A stretch of 64,000 nt of DNA from Bugula neritina (Eukaryota > Animalia > Bryozoa): positions 3,038,001 to 3,102,000 of the forward strand of contig OZ037765.1 in assembly GCA_964035545.1 (NCBI GenBank). The letters run 5' to 3'. The translations under genes and the position numbers were made by a program. The notes beneath the pieces are model-generated. The model was given only the letters and a program-made list of their open reading frames with translations, did not search any database and was not told the origin of the DNA. Of the stretch, positions 41,213 to 55,747 are shown piece by piece. Positions within the stretch are counted from its first letter, which is position 1. Each line of letters opens with the position of its first letter.

Positions 41213-44200
41213 ATGATGGAGATTTTCTTTTTCTGTTTTATGTTCCTCGTTTTTATTTGCTTCAACATTGGTGAGTTAAATTTCATAGTTTTAATACACA
41301 CAAATCAGTTTTATACTTTTTCTAGGTGTGATTAATAATTAATACTTACAGTAAAATTATAAACTTGTATATAAATTTGGATGAAAATAATTAGACAAGG
41401 TTTTTGTAATGTAGCCCAGTCATTTTTCCTGCTACCAGCATTAAAATTATAGCGTTAGCCAACTCACCTCTTATAATAGGACTTTCTAATTATTTAATTG
41501 ATGTTTTTAAAGTAATTTGAAATGAAATAAATTATAATGTTTATCAAAATACAATTTGTTGAATCTTTCAAGGTGAAACACCTGCACAATGTGCTTTCTG
41601 AAAACATATAATTAGATGTAAATATAGCTTATATAACAGCCATTGAGACAGCCATTGAGACAGCCATTGAGACAGCCATTGAGACAGCTAGTTGTAGAAT
41701 ATTGCTTAAATCTGATAAAATAAAAACGATAAACTCAATAAACACTACAATTAAATTTATCCAAGTTAAAAACTTATGCTTTCTTCAGGTGCCCAAAAAC
41801 ACATCACCAATGAGGGAATATCCTTATATGATAGTTCTGGAGGGAAAATTGGTTCAGTTTTACCTGGTATTGAGCTGAATTCTATAGTTGATATCAGATG
41901 CAGCGCCACATACGGTGCAAATGCATCACGAGACCGCTGGGTTAACAGCATTGAGCTGAAGTCAAATACTTACCAGAAGGAAGAGGTGAGTTTCCATTCA
42001 GGTGTAAGATGTAGCATGAAGCCTGTTTTACAGGTTAAATTAGATTATATAATATTTCTAGTCATACTAGTTGTTAAATACAATGTAGGTGGTGCAGTTA
42101 TATGCAGTGGACTGCTGCTTCTGCTGCTGCTGCTGCTGCTGCTATACTGCTATACTGCTATATACTGCTATACTGATACTGCTATACTTCTATACTGCTA
42201 TACTGCTATATACTGCTATACTGCTATACTGCTATACTGCTATACTGCTATACTGCTATACTTCTATACTGCTATACTGCTATACTGCTATATACTGCTA
42301 TACTGCTATACTGCTATACTGCTATACTGCTATACTTCTATACTGCTATACTTCTATACTGCTATACTGCTATACTGCTATACTTCTATACTTCTATACT
42401 GCTATACTGCTATACTGCTATACTTCTATACTGCTATACATCTATACTGCTATACTGCTATATACTGCTATACTGCTATACTGCTATACTTCTATACTTC
42501 TATACTGCTATACTTCTATACTTCTATACTGCTTTACTTCTATACTGCTACTACTGCTATACTGCTATACTGCTATACTGCTACTGCTATTGCTGCTACT
42601 ACTATTGCTGCTACTACTATTTACTTTAACTGTGGCTACAAATGCAAAAAGTGCTAACTGATTCTTCTCTTATTATATGCATAGATCAGATGTTCAGAAG
42701 AGAGCTCTACTAAAATAAGACAAACAGTTGAAGATTTAAGCCCTCAAGTGAAAAACTTATCTTGTGGAAGAGGAAGAATGAGCATGTTTTACAATTTTAC
42801 TAGCTCTTTGGGGACAGATGTTGTTTGTCACTGGAACAACATAGATAAAAATGTGGAATACAAGTCATATGCAGTTGCATGGATATATAGTAAGTATTTA
42901 TGTATTTTAAGACCATAAGTGACTCTACAAATAACTTTAAAGACAACCACAAACAATCTGCTCATGATTATATAAGTATAGAAAATGTTTTCTGCTAATA
43001 AGACTCACCAAAAGAACAGTCATTTAACAAGAATTACTGTTGACACTCTTATCAGGCAATGTTGTACTGAAAGTAATTTAATATCAGATTAAAACACATC
43101 TTTTTTAGATGCATGCTCCTAATTCATCAAACTGTTTTCCAGTAAACACCAATTTAAACTTAACTAAACATTTTACTCAATGAAATTACAATAATTATAT
43201 AATATTTCCTTGTTCTAAACATATTAAAGAAATTAATTCACAAAATTGCAACTTGACTTTTAAGAGTTTATTTATTCAATATGTTTGTCTTTTTCAAGTT
43301 GATATTTAAAAGTCCTTTTGTTTTAACATACATTGCAAGTTTACTTTAATATAGTATTAAAAAAGAAAGACAAAACGAAAATAATTATTATTATAAGAAA
43401 AATACATACATATGACTAGTTGCTTGTTATCTGCCATTAAAAAAACTCACGCAAGTTTATAGTCACTATCCCTGTGAGAAACCCCTGATGGAAAGGGTTT
43501 TTGTTAGAACGAGCTAAGGACTTGTTTAAATGAGGCACAGGAGCAATTATGACTGGATGCTCTTCCTAACATCACCAATGGCCTTTGTCGGGGTTCGAAC
43601 CCACAACTTCGTGTTCACAAAGCAAACGCTTTAACCCCTAAACCACAGCTGCACCTTGTTATCTGCCATTGTTGAGTATATGTTATTTTTTGTAGCAAAT
43701 GCAATATGCATGAATATACTCTATGCTTGAGTTCTTGCGCCATTATTTTAGCTGTACCATCTAGACCTAACATTGAGATTTCCTATTCAAGAACTACACG
43801 AACAGATATACTAGGTGTTATAGAAGGAGATGAACTAACATATACTTGTACAGCAGCTGAAGCACTCCCAACACCAAAACTACAGTTCAGTTATACTGGC
43901 AGCACCATCAACTCTACAGAACTGACGCACACACCAAAGCTTGAGAATATATATCTTTATAGTAGAGAGAGCTCCACCATCACTTGGAGAACAAAGGCTA
44001 AGAGAAACATGCATGGACAGTTTTTAAAATGTAGCATTTACCAACACCTCTCTAAAAACGAGAATTATGATCTGATAAAATTAGTTATATATTGTACGTA
44101 TGGTATGCAAGTTATAGCTGTTCATATTCAACTTTAATTTTCTCTATTCTATTGTGAGTTTTTTATTTAATAACTACGAATGACTTTTGTAATTACAATT

Positions 44201-46198
44201 GATTTTTTGAACATTTATTTTCTGGTTTGTTAAGAAAATGTACAAAGCATTGGGTTTGGAAAATAACTTCTGATACTTTTCCATATTTAGTTGGTCCAGT
44301 GGCCTTACCGTATTTTGGTGTCAAGTGGAACTTAGCAGAGTCTGATAGCGTGTATATAAAGTGCCCTCTCCAGTGCTACGGGTGTGCTGTTTATGAATGG
44401 TACAAAGAGTCTATAGCACCTGAGAACAAGCTCCCTCACACCAAGAGTGAATGGAAGATTTCAAAGAGCTCTCACTATGATGTATAAACTCTCATTATTT
44501 TGTATTTAGCACAGTCTGTTATTTCATTGTCATAAAACATGTAAATTTCAATACCAAGTTTTTTATATTTTTTCAGAGGATTTTGTTTTATTTTGTCACC
44601 CAGCACTTCTATATATATGACATATTCTGTTTTGCAGAAATCTTAAAGTCTGTTAATTATGCCTGAACAAGTATTGTTCTATCACGGTGATTATTTAGTT
44701 ATTTAGTATTTTCAAATCTTTAAAAAATAATTTGCTAAACGCACACTTTTAAAAACACTCAAAAATAGAGTTGCTAAGTTATATACCGTATGTAGAAGCG
44801 TATAACATAAGAAATGAATACGTATTTATTTTTTAGAGTTTCTCATTTATAATTTTTATGCTTTAGGTGAGTCTAGGAAGTTTAACGCACAACATCTATA
44901 TATGCAAAACAATTAATGCCGTTACCGAAAGAAAAGAACGGACATACATTACTTTGGAAATATCTAGTAAGCGAATTATTTACTGCAATTACCAAGAATT
45001 AAATTATAACACATGGTATAATAGCTAGCATAGTATATAATCTACTAATTAAGCCTATACAAGCTATAGTCGTTACTGCAAGAAAATATGGCAGTTTATG
45101 AAACCCTTAGTTGTTTTCAAATATGTTAATGCCGTTTGGCCCAACAGTCTGTGTATGAAAAGTTTTTATACTATGCTATTAGCCTAGTATTGAGCTAAAC
45201 TAGTTAATTGATTAAAATTAATTACAATCCATGATTCACACCCATAAATATAGTTTAATATTATATAGTGAGCTAGATCTGGTTTCTTATTTAATTTCCA
45301 CTGGAACTTATTTTATCGCGTTAAACTTCCAACTTTATATCAAACTTCACATCTATGCCATCGGTGTATTTTGTTATATAAAGTACATCAGCATGTGCAT
45401 TTGTCAAGTGGCTGTATTTTAAACATAGAACTAAGCTGTATAGGTACAGCTTGTCAATAAAAGCTAGACGTACATATGTTCTCCTTAATATGATTATTTA
45501 TTATAATATTATAGTATCTTTTTTTCACTTTTAACCTATATTTATATTTTTAGATCAACCAGATGCGATGGCAATACAAAAAGGTATTATATATTAGCTA
45601 TTTATACATTTTTTGTAACAAGCCATAAATTCCAATACTCATTATTTTATTAGCCCATTTCAATTGCACATTATTTAATAACAAAATTTTTGGCTCAATA
45701 AAAATTTAAAAATTTAATGCAAACTCAAGTTTTCAAACACAATATCTCAACATTTGGGAAGCATTCGTTTTCTTGCTGAAATTATATTTATTAAAAATTG
45801 ACAGTATAGATATTATTAAAAATAATTAAACAATAAAGTTTAGAAACTATTACAGCATAATATATTTGTGAATTGAGATTTTTAGTAGCAATTCAAACTG
45901 CTATTTATAGCATTTGTGAAAATCTTCTATTTTTTATAAACAACTGGAATATTTTACTTTAAGAACTATAGAAATAAAATAGCAGTGACAAACTGCTTTA
46001 TATATAAGCAATGTTCAATATATTTTAGCTAGAACTGAAAGAACACGTACAATAATAATCATCTTCATGCTGTGTATCCTAGTCGTGATGTCAATATTAA
46101 CTGTGGTCATAGGAGTGATTATGGCAGCTGCAATAAGCCGTGGGACCAACAAAGATTTTTACACACCTATGGTGAAGAGATTGAATAATATTTTGTAA
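41213..46198 (+). CDS. Ig-array gene D (about 430 aa)
   Basis: Exons 41213-41270, 41789-41985, 42685-42889, 43752-44093, 44291-44481, 44867-44966, 45554-45583, 46029-46198. Total 1293 nt. Tail SRGTNKDFYTPMVKRLNNIL. Confidence 0.87.
42112..42620. repeat. (CTG)n / (TACTGCTA)n satellite in gene D intron
   Basis: About 500 bp of imperfect 8-mer repeats; explains the low-complexity ORFs here. Confidence 0.95.
43439..43654 (-). mobile_element. tRNA-derived SINE with 16-bp target-site duplication; other copies at about 30713-30945 (-), 36536-36736 (-) and 59795-60011 (+)
   Basis: The minus strand has an A box (TGGTTTAGGGG), a GTG anticodon loop, a B box (GGTTCGAACCC) and a central AGGAAGAGCATCCAGTCATAA motif. 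CTTGTTATCTGCCATT flanks it at 43423-43438 and 43655-43670. Confidence 0.88.
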
Positions 46199-47518
46199 TA
46201 CTCTAAACACAATTTTACAATTATTAAAACTAATATTATATTATAACACTTAAATGGTTAATAAAAATATACTGGCTAATACAAATAAAATAATTTTCTT
46301 TTGTCAAGTGCTTTAATTGCCTTGCCTTTTTCAATATTATTGCAATTGGTTAACAATTCACAATTGGAATATTTAGAAGCCCTTAAACTATTTATTGCAT
46401 TTTTCTCAAACTGATATCAATTTCAATCAATTCTTTAATAAATATTGCAGTTGTTATAACTGATTTATATTTATTAAATTGTCTGGATTTATTTATTCTA
46501 TGTCAAGGTTAAGAGAAGACGGTAATTTTTGTATAATCATTCCTTTTGTTTTTTTATCGCAGCGAGTCATAAATTCTATGACCAAACTACACAAACCACG
46601 TGATTTTTTTTAATAAGTAACTATATTTAGAGATCTTTATTTGACTCAAAACGCATTTCTTTGGCATTTTATAACGTATTAAAAGATTGCTCTATCTTGT
46701 CTAATAAATGGCCATTTAGGTGAAACACACATAATATTGAGGTTGAGTTAAATTCAAGGAAAACATATAATAAATACAATAGTTTTAGATGTTTTTCAAG
46801 TCTGAATGCCTATAAGAAATTTTTTTTTATCAGGCGTAATTTTGAGAGCATGGTTAGTAAATATGATACTATACTATTCTTGGCATCAATTTTTAAGACA
46901 TATCCCCACAACCTATACCACACTTAAAGGCTCTCTCTAACTAAAAATTATTATTACCAATTGTTTTAAAACACGTAGGCAAGTCAAAAAATTTATTAGG
47001 CAACCTCTTGCTAAACTTAAACTGCATGATTAAGATGTAGGGAACAAGTGTTACTGTGGTAGTTTTTTATAAGTTTTTCTGACATCAGAAAAAAAAATCA
47101 AAACTTGTATTAACATTTGCTCAGGTACAATTTCAGTTTGGAAAGTTAAAAATCATGAACTTAAGATATACATATGTAAACTTTTAGTAGCTGCAGTATA
47201 GCCGAGGTATAGCTACAATAATAATTACAGCAGAAAACATTAATCTTAATGTAGAAATATTAGTACCTGAGATGAAGACTTCATACTTTAAATTAGTAAT
47301 TCGTTTTGAATAACTAAGTTGTGATAACATCTAGCAAATTCTTCCAAATATATATTTTAGCTCTTTACTACTTTGCAGGTAACCACTTGATAGTTTGTCC
47401 TTTATTTAATAGCTCTTGTTATTTTTTGCTCACGTTTTTAGACTGAGTGGAATGGAAAAAACAGTTACAGTCAGACTGCAACATCTCTAGTGTCTGACCA
47501 AAGGCTATTTATATCAAC

Positions 47519-50500
47519 ATGATGGCAACCATTTCCTGTTGTATGCTGCTCTTTGAATTATTGGCTATTTTTCTTGTTCAGCCAGGTAAAGGGTGCAATG
47601 TTTTTTAAAAAGTTAAGTTAGTTGTTTTATATAAATTTTGCATAATTTCAATGTTGATGTAATAATATGATTTAACAAGAATTAATAATCGGTTTAAAAA
47701 ATGTAGCCTAAATGACTAGAAAATTCAATATAGTATAGATTAGTATGTTAATTAAAGTTGTTATATGGTTGTTACAGTAAGAGCCAACGCACTGGGGATT
47801 TCGAGTGAACTTATATTATTTGATGGTAACAGTCATAGACTGCCTTCCCCAGCAGTTATCCAAATCAATGGCCAAATAGAAATAAAATGTAACGCTAACT
47901 ATCCCCCAGTTGAGAGGAACGATCTTTGGCGAGGCATAATGAGTCTAAAAAATGCAACTCACAAGATTGAGCAGGTGAGTCAAAAGCTGGTAGTTATAAA
48001 CATCTTTGATCTCTATTTTGATGCACTATTAGAGAAAAAGTTTAATTGCCATACTTTTCATATCAATTTTATTAATTGTAGTTAGGGCTACCAATTTAAG
48101 ATTAATCAATACCAAGAAGCTATATATATTATCAATTTTTTTATATTCTTTAAAATTTTATATATAAAACCAACATGGCGCCGTCATAGTCACCATCCCT
48201 GTGAGAATCATTGATGTAAAGATTTTCAAGCTTAAAACTTTATTTCATTTTAATCACAAGTTTTATAATAATTCTAAAAAAGCTTAGTTCACCAAACAAC
48301 AATTGGTAGTTCGATAAATAGACTATATTTTTTTAATTTTATATAAGACTAGTAGGTTTGGTACTACAATAGCTCGTTAGGCTATGTTTCTGTTGAGCAG
48401 CTCAGATGTTCTGAGGCTATTGATACTAAAGTACGCACTCTAAGCCACTCCTCCGACCCTGACTTTATAAAACACTTGTGCGGCAGCGGGGGTCTCATGA
48501 GTGCGAGTTTGGTCATCACCAATCCCGGTCCTTTTGAGGTTATCTGTGAATGGCAGAAATTCAATGTCAACCTTCCACCTCACATTGAAAGTGTTGATCT
48601 CTTCACGTATGGCAAGTCAGCTTATACTAACCTTAAACAAAAAATTTATTTGTTCCCTGGGATAATTTTGTGATCTTTAAAAGCATGTGGCTGTTTTCAA
48701 TAATTAAAACTAAAAAAGGCCTTTATTTTTGCTGCAAATCTTTATAAAGTTTCACAATACAATAATAAAAAGTTGATGATTTGAAAACTACTAATGCTTT
48801 TTAGATGTACCAAATTTACAAATAGTATATATATATTTGTATCTAATAAACACTCATGAAAACATAAATGCGCTTTAATACAGCTTCTAAAATGAACTGA
48901 ACGGCTGCAGCATTAAGCTATTTGACTATACTAATATTATGCAATTTATAGATACAATTATTTCACCCACTAAAAATAGTTTCAGAAATTGAGTTATAAG
49001 TTTAAAATTTCTCATTTTAATGTTTTCAATACACTTTTAAAATGAATAATTCATCTAAATTAATGGTTTTAAAACCCAAGTTTTTCTTTAATAAATTTTG
49101 TAAATTCCAAGTTCAAAGCCAAGTTAAATTTTTGTGCTTGAAACTCAGTAAGGAAGCAGAATAATTAGTTTATTTTGTAACCTTACAAAATTTTTCCTGC
49201 ACGCAATTGCCATATTATGTTTCTTGTTTTTCAGAAGTACCAAGTGAGCCAGTTATTACCAGATCTGTACCACAGGGTGTTGACCCAATTAAAGAGGGTG
49301 ATGATGTAGAGTACACGTGTACATCTACTGGGAGACCTCCACCAGAGCTCCAATTCTTAAATCCCAGTGGTAACATTGATCCTTCGGAACTAAGTCTAAG
49401 CCCCGATCCTGATAGTACTACTTTGATGAGTGCTAGTGAAATCTCCACTCTTACCTGGAGAACTAAGGCTAAAGCTGACATGCATAACAAGTTTCTGAAA
49501 TGCGAAATTTTGAACCATGTTTCTAAGTCCAAGAAATTTAGTGATTTCCAGATGATTGTATATTGTAAGTATGTCTAAACATGATGTCTAACTGTGCGTA
49601 TCTCTTCTGCAATCCAATCAGTAAAAATTCACGACTAAACGTTAAATCATATTTTGAAACTGTGTGATGAGTTATTGTAGTATGATATCTACATTGTGCA
49701 CACACACATTCAAATAATTCTTATTAAAACTTGGACCAACTGCTGATATCATCATACGTACATATATACATGACTCAAGTGAATCATTGCTGAGTAACTT
49801 AGTTATTCAATGACTCAGGGCTTGAGTTTTTAGTGACTTGACTACTCATGCAGTTTATTCAATAACTTAGTTAGTGGTTTTCTTAATCGATGACTCATTC
49901 ACTGTAGATTAGTCAATATATACAGAGCTATAATATAGGCTAATTTAAAACACTGAATGAAATTCATACTGCCTATAAACATACGATTATATAAAGCACT
50001 TCAAACTATACAATATTTCCTTAGATGGTCCAATGTCGAGCGGAGATTTGCAACTGAAGTGGAATTTGGCAGGGAAAAGTACTTTTACTATGGAATGCCC
50101 AATAAAATGTAATGGATGTGATAGAATTGAGTGGTTTGAAACCACTGTGTCAAATGGTAACCAACTAACTCACTCGGGAAAAGCTTGGCAGCTTGATAAA
50201 AGCTTATTCGTAAATGTGAGTAGAAAATTTAAAATAAATTTTGCTTGACTCCTTGATTTCGGGTTGGAAATAGTAAACAATCGAAGTAATTCAAAAAATT
50301 CTATCAACTGTGATGATTGTTTGCTGGTGGTATTAAAAAAAATCAAAAGATGTTATGAAAATAATGCGTTTCATCTAATAGTGCACATATTAATGCACAT
50401 TAAATATTTTAAGCTCATTCTGCATCATTAGATTATCAGCAATTTAAGTTATGTGATATCTAATTTCAACTGGGCTTCTAAATGTTACATCAACTCATGC

Positions 50501-52268
50501 CCAGTAAGTTCATATAGGAACTATAGAAACCCCCTGCTGCTCTTTCAAGTATTCAGTTCACATGGTTGTCACTAAGTTGTTTTCATCTTTTGTCCTTAGC
50601 CTACAAAACCTTTCCTCTAATAATTGGTGTTTTCACAGATATAATACGTGAGAGGTTTGTTGCTGCAGCCAAGTGGAGACCATTATTATTTACCTTGTGC
50701 AAGAATGATAAAATTACAAATTACAATAATGTGCATTAATTACCATAATAATTTGCATTACTACAACAATGTGAGTTACCACCATCTGGTGCATTTCCAT
50801 AATAATTTGCACCACTATATAATCACATCAATTACTATATGATAATGTGCATTAACACAATGATAATGTGCATTAGCACCATACCATACATGACCACAAT
50901 GTGCATTACTACATACTGATGTGAATCACCACAATAACGTGCATTACCACAATTAAGTGAATTTTCATAATAATGCGCATTACTAAACAAATTATGCAAA
51001 AGGATGATGATTCATATTACAATACTGTTTGTGCGTTTCATACTGATGTTTTGCTGTTGTATACTACAGGTAACTGAAGGTATTGAGTTGCTTAAGGATT
51101 ACATATGTAGAACTTCTAACCCCTACACTAATAGTGCGGCATCTACATCCGTCAAACTGCAGTTAATAAGTAAATAGCTTATATTTACTGTAATAGGTAA
51201 TAGGTAATATAGGTCTATGTAATATGTAATATGTAATAGGTCTATTTTTTTACATTTATTTAATGATAATTTGTTTGGTAGATTTTGGTAGTTACCAAAT
51301 AATTGTAACCTAGCGTTGAAGTTTGGAAAGTATATGCCAAAATACTTTTGGTAAATTTTAGTAACCCTATAAGTTTGAGTTTCTCTGAATAATTGATGAA
51401 AGGTGCTATATAAGGTCAAATTATCACTTGCTACAATATTTTTGTTACAAGATTTGGTTAGACTCAATTTGGAGAACAAGATAAGTTTCATCACTATTAT
51501 AAGGGTGCAAAAATAGTCTATAAAAACATGTATACCTTATGTATTTCATTTATCCCAGAAGCAACAACTTTCTGTTTTATTTGTGCATAAAAAATTTATA
51601 AGCTAACACTTAATCTTTTGAAATATTCCATGCCAATCATAAAATTTAAGGTCTTTACCAAAAGTGGCTAAAACATTTTAATTTTTCATGGTTTGATCAA
51701 ACAAAATTTATAACTTTATTTTTAGATCGCCCAGATTTTCTATCGGCGGATGAAATTGAACGTAAGTCTACAACATTTTTTTCTCAGTTCCATTGAGCTC
51801 ATCGGTCACTTTAATTACATCACAGCTTGTGTAGCCATGACTTGTTTAATCAAATGTTTAATTTACAGTTTTATTTTAATATGTTTCACAGATAAAATAA
51901 AGTTTTTTAACTCTCAATCTACACATTGAAACTACTTATTTTTTGTTTTCAAAGTTGGTGTTTCGTCCTTGACAAATTTACATATTGTGCCCAAGTGATT
52001 TTATTCTAAATTCATTTTCATACTCAAACATGTCATAATTTTCAAATAGTATCTTTAACAATTTATTTTAGAGAGAGTAGATAAAAAACAGAAGGCACAA
52101 AAAACAACAGTTGCTTTTATGGCTGTGAGTTTAGCTTTCACAGCCATTTTATTTGCAGTCATTGGAGTAAGCATCTTTGTAGTGCTAAAACGAAAAGAAG
52201 CTAAAAACAGACGGCAAATTCACCGTCACACAAGACACGTGCAGCAGCAACAAATTGAATACTATTGA
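47519..52268 (+). CDS. Ig-array gene E (about 442 aa)
   Basis: Exons 47519-47585, 47778-47974, 48401-48611 (GC donor), 49235-49564, 50025-50215, 51070-51169, 51726-51761, 52072-52268. Total 1329 nt. Confidence 0.86.
50715..50985. repeat. degenerate minisatellite of about 17 bp (ATAATGTGCATTACCAC-like)
   Basis: Recurrent AATGTGCATTA / CCAC units within a gene E intron. Confidence 0.65.
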
Positions 52269-53630
52269 ATGTATCCAAAATATTTTCTTATCGATATGCC
52301 TAATTAAAATAAGTTAAATATTTCGTGTAATTTGCAAAACACATGTTCCTGTGAATGAAAATTGTGATTGAAAATTGTTATAAAACACTTATTTTAAAGA
52401 AATAAATTTTAAATAGAAAAATACTATGTTAATTATTGAATTTTTCATGTTGAGAAATATCATAGTTTATATAAATAAATATTTTCCAAATTGACTGCAT
52501 GTATTGTCTAAGAAGTTGATCCTGCATGCCTTAAATTACTTATCTATAGCAAGTTCTGGGGACAACTCCCTAAAGATTTATATTTAAGTTTAAAAACCCT
52601 GATAGGTTATTTATAACAATAAAATTGTTGATAAATAATGATGCACTTGCTACACTTTAGTTACTGAAATATGCACCATCCTTATGCAACAAAACAGTTA
52701 AAGGTTTCAAATAATATGTAAAAATTATTAAATTATTATATAAGATGCTACTGTGTAAATCAGCAATACTATATTTTTCAAGCTTTTTTATAGAATCGAT
52801 AAGTTCAAAAAGCCCAAGTGATTTGGCACACGAGCTATTGATAATCTTACCTTTCCTAATTTAATTTTTTATTTTAATTTTACTTTGGCTTGCATTACAC
52901 TTCAATCGTAACAACTGTGTAGTAAGCTAATTGAACTGCAGCACTTAACAGTAGTTTATTTATTATATTTCAATTATATAATGTCTGCCATAAGTCATAA
53001 TTTCAAATACTTTTTTGTATATTCTAGTTCGATTAATTAATGCTATCATAGTGATTTGAAAAAAACTACAGTAATCAAATTTGACAGTTGGGGAAAAAAC
53101 ATCACTAAACTAAAAAATGTTATATAAGTTCTATATGAAGTTTACGTAGTTTGCATCGATGTCTCATTATTTACACTTTACATTTTTTTAAGTAGCCTAT
53201 TCAGTTTTGGTTATAATAATTGAAGTGTAAGTTGCAGTATAGTATGATTTTGCATCGTTATATATTTTTACTCAATGCTTTGTAAGTGTTTTGCAGAGCA
53301 CTTTTCATTTATATCAAAATCATAAATTTGTTTGTTTGATGAGCTGCATGTCTAAACTGTTTAATATTTACAGAAAATACTTTAATATTTTTATAAAATT
53401 CTTACATAGTGCATGAAGCTTCATATATATTGATTTCACAAGTCACTCTAAACACAGTGATATCATCTAACCATCAAAGTTGAGCTTTTTAGATGGTGCT
53501 TATAATAGAAACTAATCCAGATGGCCCAGCTGCTTATAGTATAGCTATAGTCACTAAAACATGCGCTAAATTGTGGCTAAAATATTTCAATTTCTGTTAC
53601 ACAATGTCTTTATAATCAATTTTTTTTCCA

Positions 53631-55079
53631 ATTGGCCAGATTTCCTTTCAACAATTGAAGTCTAACGTAAGTCTGGAAGATTTTTCAGTTCCATTATCTA
53701 CTCATCAGTCATTTAAGTCACATCCTGCAGCTATTTGCTCAAGTCTTTAATTTTAAAGTTAAAAAGTTTCATCTTTTGCATATCATATATATAGGCCTAC
53801 AAGTTTTGCTTAAAGATTTTGACAATATCAATTGCCGCACATGTGTCTTTATCTTGTCAACGGCCTTATCTATTATGCATACATGATATATTATATACTC
53901 ACATCTTCTTATAGCATTTTTATTCATAGTATATACAATAGTATATACCGTCGTATTAACTTAGCTGCATTGCAAGTCATAGTTTACTAGTCGAAGGAAT
54001 TTATCTATGGATTCACATACTACCGTTATTAAATTTGCTGAAGTGTTACTATGTTGGCTATTAGAAAGTTATATAATTGTTTGAACGTAAAAGCATTTAT
54101 GGTAGACATGGTTTTTGATAATTTAAATTGAGATTTTTTTTTTCTTCGAGACAAATTAATAAAATAAAAGCAATCTAACATCTTTACAATAATATATTAT
54201 TAGCTTCTCCAACACCTGTCCTAGTTTATTTATAATAGTAACGTCATATTATCGAAGCCTAAGTTTTCATCAGCCGAAATAGCTCAGTTGGGAGAGCGTT
54301 AGACTGAAGATCTAAAGGTCCCTGGTTCGATCCCGGGTTTCGGCAACTGCCAATCCTGGTGGCTGATATTTTTTTTTAAACTATTTGTAACTTTTAGGCC
54401 CTTCTCCATTTTTTTATTGTTATGACTGTTATTATTTATATTTTGCTATTACTTTAAAAATCATCAATTTCAGGCTACTATTATTTTAAAAAATTTCTCC
54501 ATCAATAACAACTGCATAGACATGTATGCAATCAAAAACACAGTATTGCTTCACTATAACAAAAAATATGGCATATTCGGAACAAACATGATTTAAATAG
54601 AAAAATAAAACTATCCCACTTTTAGACAATATTTCAGTTCCACTTTTAGCTGACAAGCATTTTGTCACCTTAGTTTTCCTTTTTTATGAGAAAACTCAAT
54701 GAAAACATTAAGAAATCAGAGACTATATTGAAACTCTACTAGAGAACTCCTCAAACATTTAAAAAAATATTTTTGGCAATTTCAGCTAACCTGGTGTCTT
54801 AAAAAGTATATTTCAGATAAAAATAGTAACAATGAAAATACAAGTCAAAAACCAATAATTTACTTTGCTGTGGAGCTCATGTCAACTGCATTCAGTGGGG
54901 CAAGTATTTGTCTGGCTCTAAAACGCAAAGGAGCTACATGTAAAAGAAGCGGCCAGTTTACTACAGTAAAAAATTATCTGCAATTTATTGGCTCATGGAT
55001 TATGTCAAATTTATCCAAAATATTATATAATACTACACTAAACTCAAGTGGGTTACAAGTTTTCTGTTTTACAAAATAA
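53631..55079 (+). pseudogene. orphan stalk micro-exon (53631-53666) and TM/tail exon (54817-55079) related to gene E
   Basis: The 36-nt exon copy WPDFLSTIEV* has lost its AG acceptor and carries an in-frame TAA; the intron after it resembles that of gene E. The second exon has an intact acceptor and reads ASICLALKRKGA versus gene E VSIFVVLKRKEA. Confidence 0.7.
54273..54345 (+). tRNA. tRNA-Phe: tRNA-Phe (GAA)
   Basis: 73-nt canonical cloverleaf GCCGAAA...TTTCGGCA with GAA anticodon, A and B boxes, and an oligo-T terminator at about 54369. Confidence 0.98.
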
Positions 55080-55679
55080 TGTTGGTATAATAATGTTTTA
55101 TAGATAATATTACAAATGTGTATTTTGATAAAATAAAGCAAGAAAATCTCAGGTCATTGAGTTTGTCAGATTTAAACTTGTCATGGTTAAAATAATTAAT
55201 AGTTTCCTAATTAACTATATAGTCTATTTAATTCAAAATATTTTTCTATTCTTGTTTAAAATATTTATACAGGAACTTTTTATAAGAACAGCTGTCTAAA
55301 GAATAATAATAAAGATTTAAAGGCACTGATGACTAATTCATAAATGTTTCAGACATTTCAACGACTAATAAATGCTTGATTTTGATAAATAAAACTTATT
55401 CATTGGGCACATTTTTATCAACAATAAATATAGTATAATAAATATTTTGATAAAAAGTAAATAATAAGCAATATATGAATAGAATTTCAGATATGAATAT
55501 TGTTGATTGTTGAACTTTGCGAAAAGAACTGATTGCTATGAGTACAAAGGAAGTATGTGTTAATTTCTCAAACCGCTTATAGAGTAAACTATGGGTATGT
55601 AGTAAGTTATGTGCTTTATATAGTACATTATTGTATATTCTACATGTTTTAGTATGTATGTATATGTATATATGTTTAT

Positions 55680-55747
<68 letters not shown>

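Noticed and set aside
41986-42661. Leu/Tyr/Cys-rich extensions of ORFs 41776-42657 and 42089-42661
   Set aside because: Read-through of an intronic satellite; only 41789-41985 is exonic.
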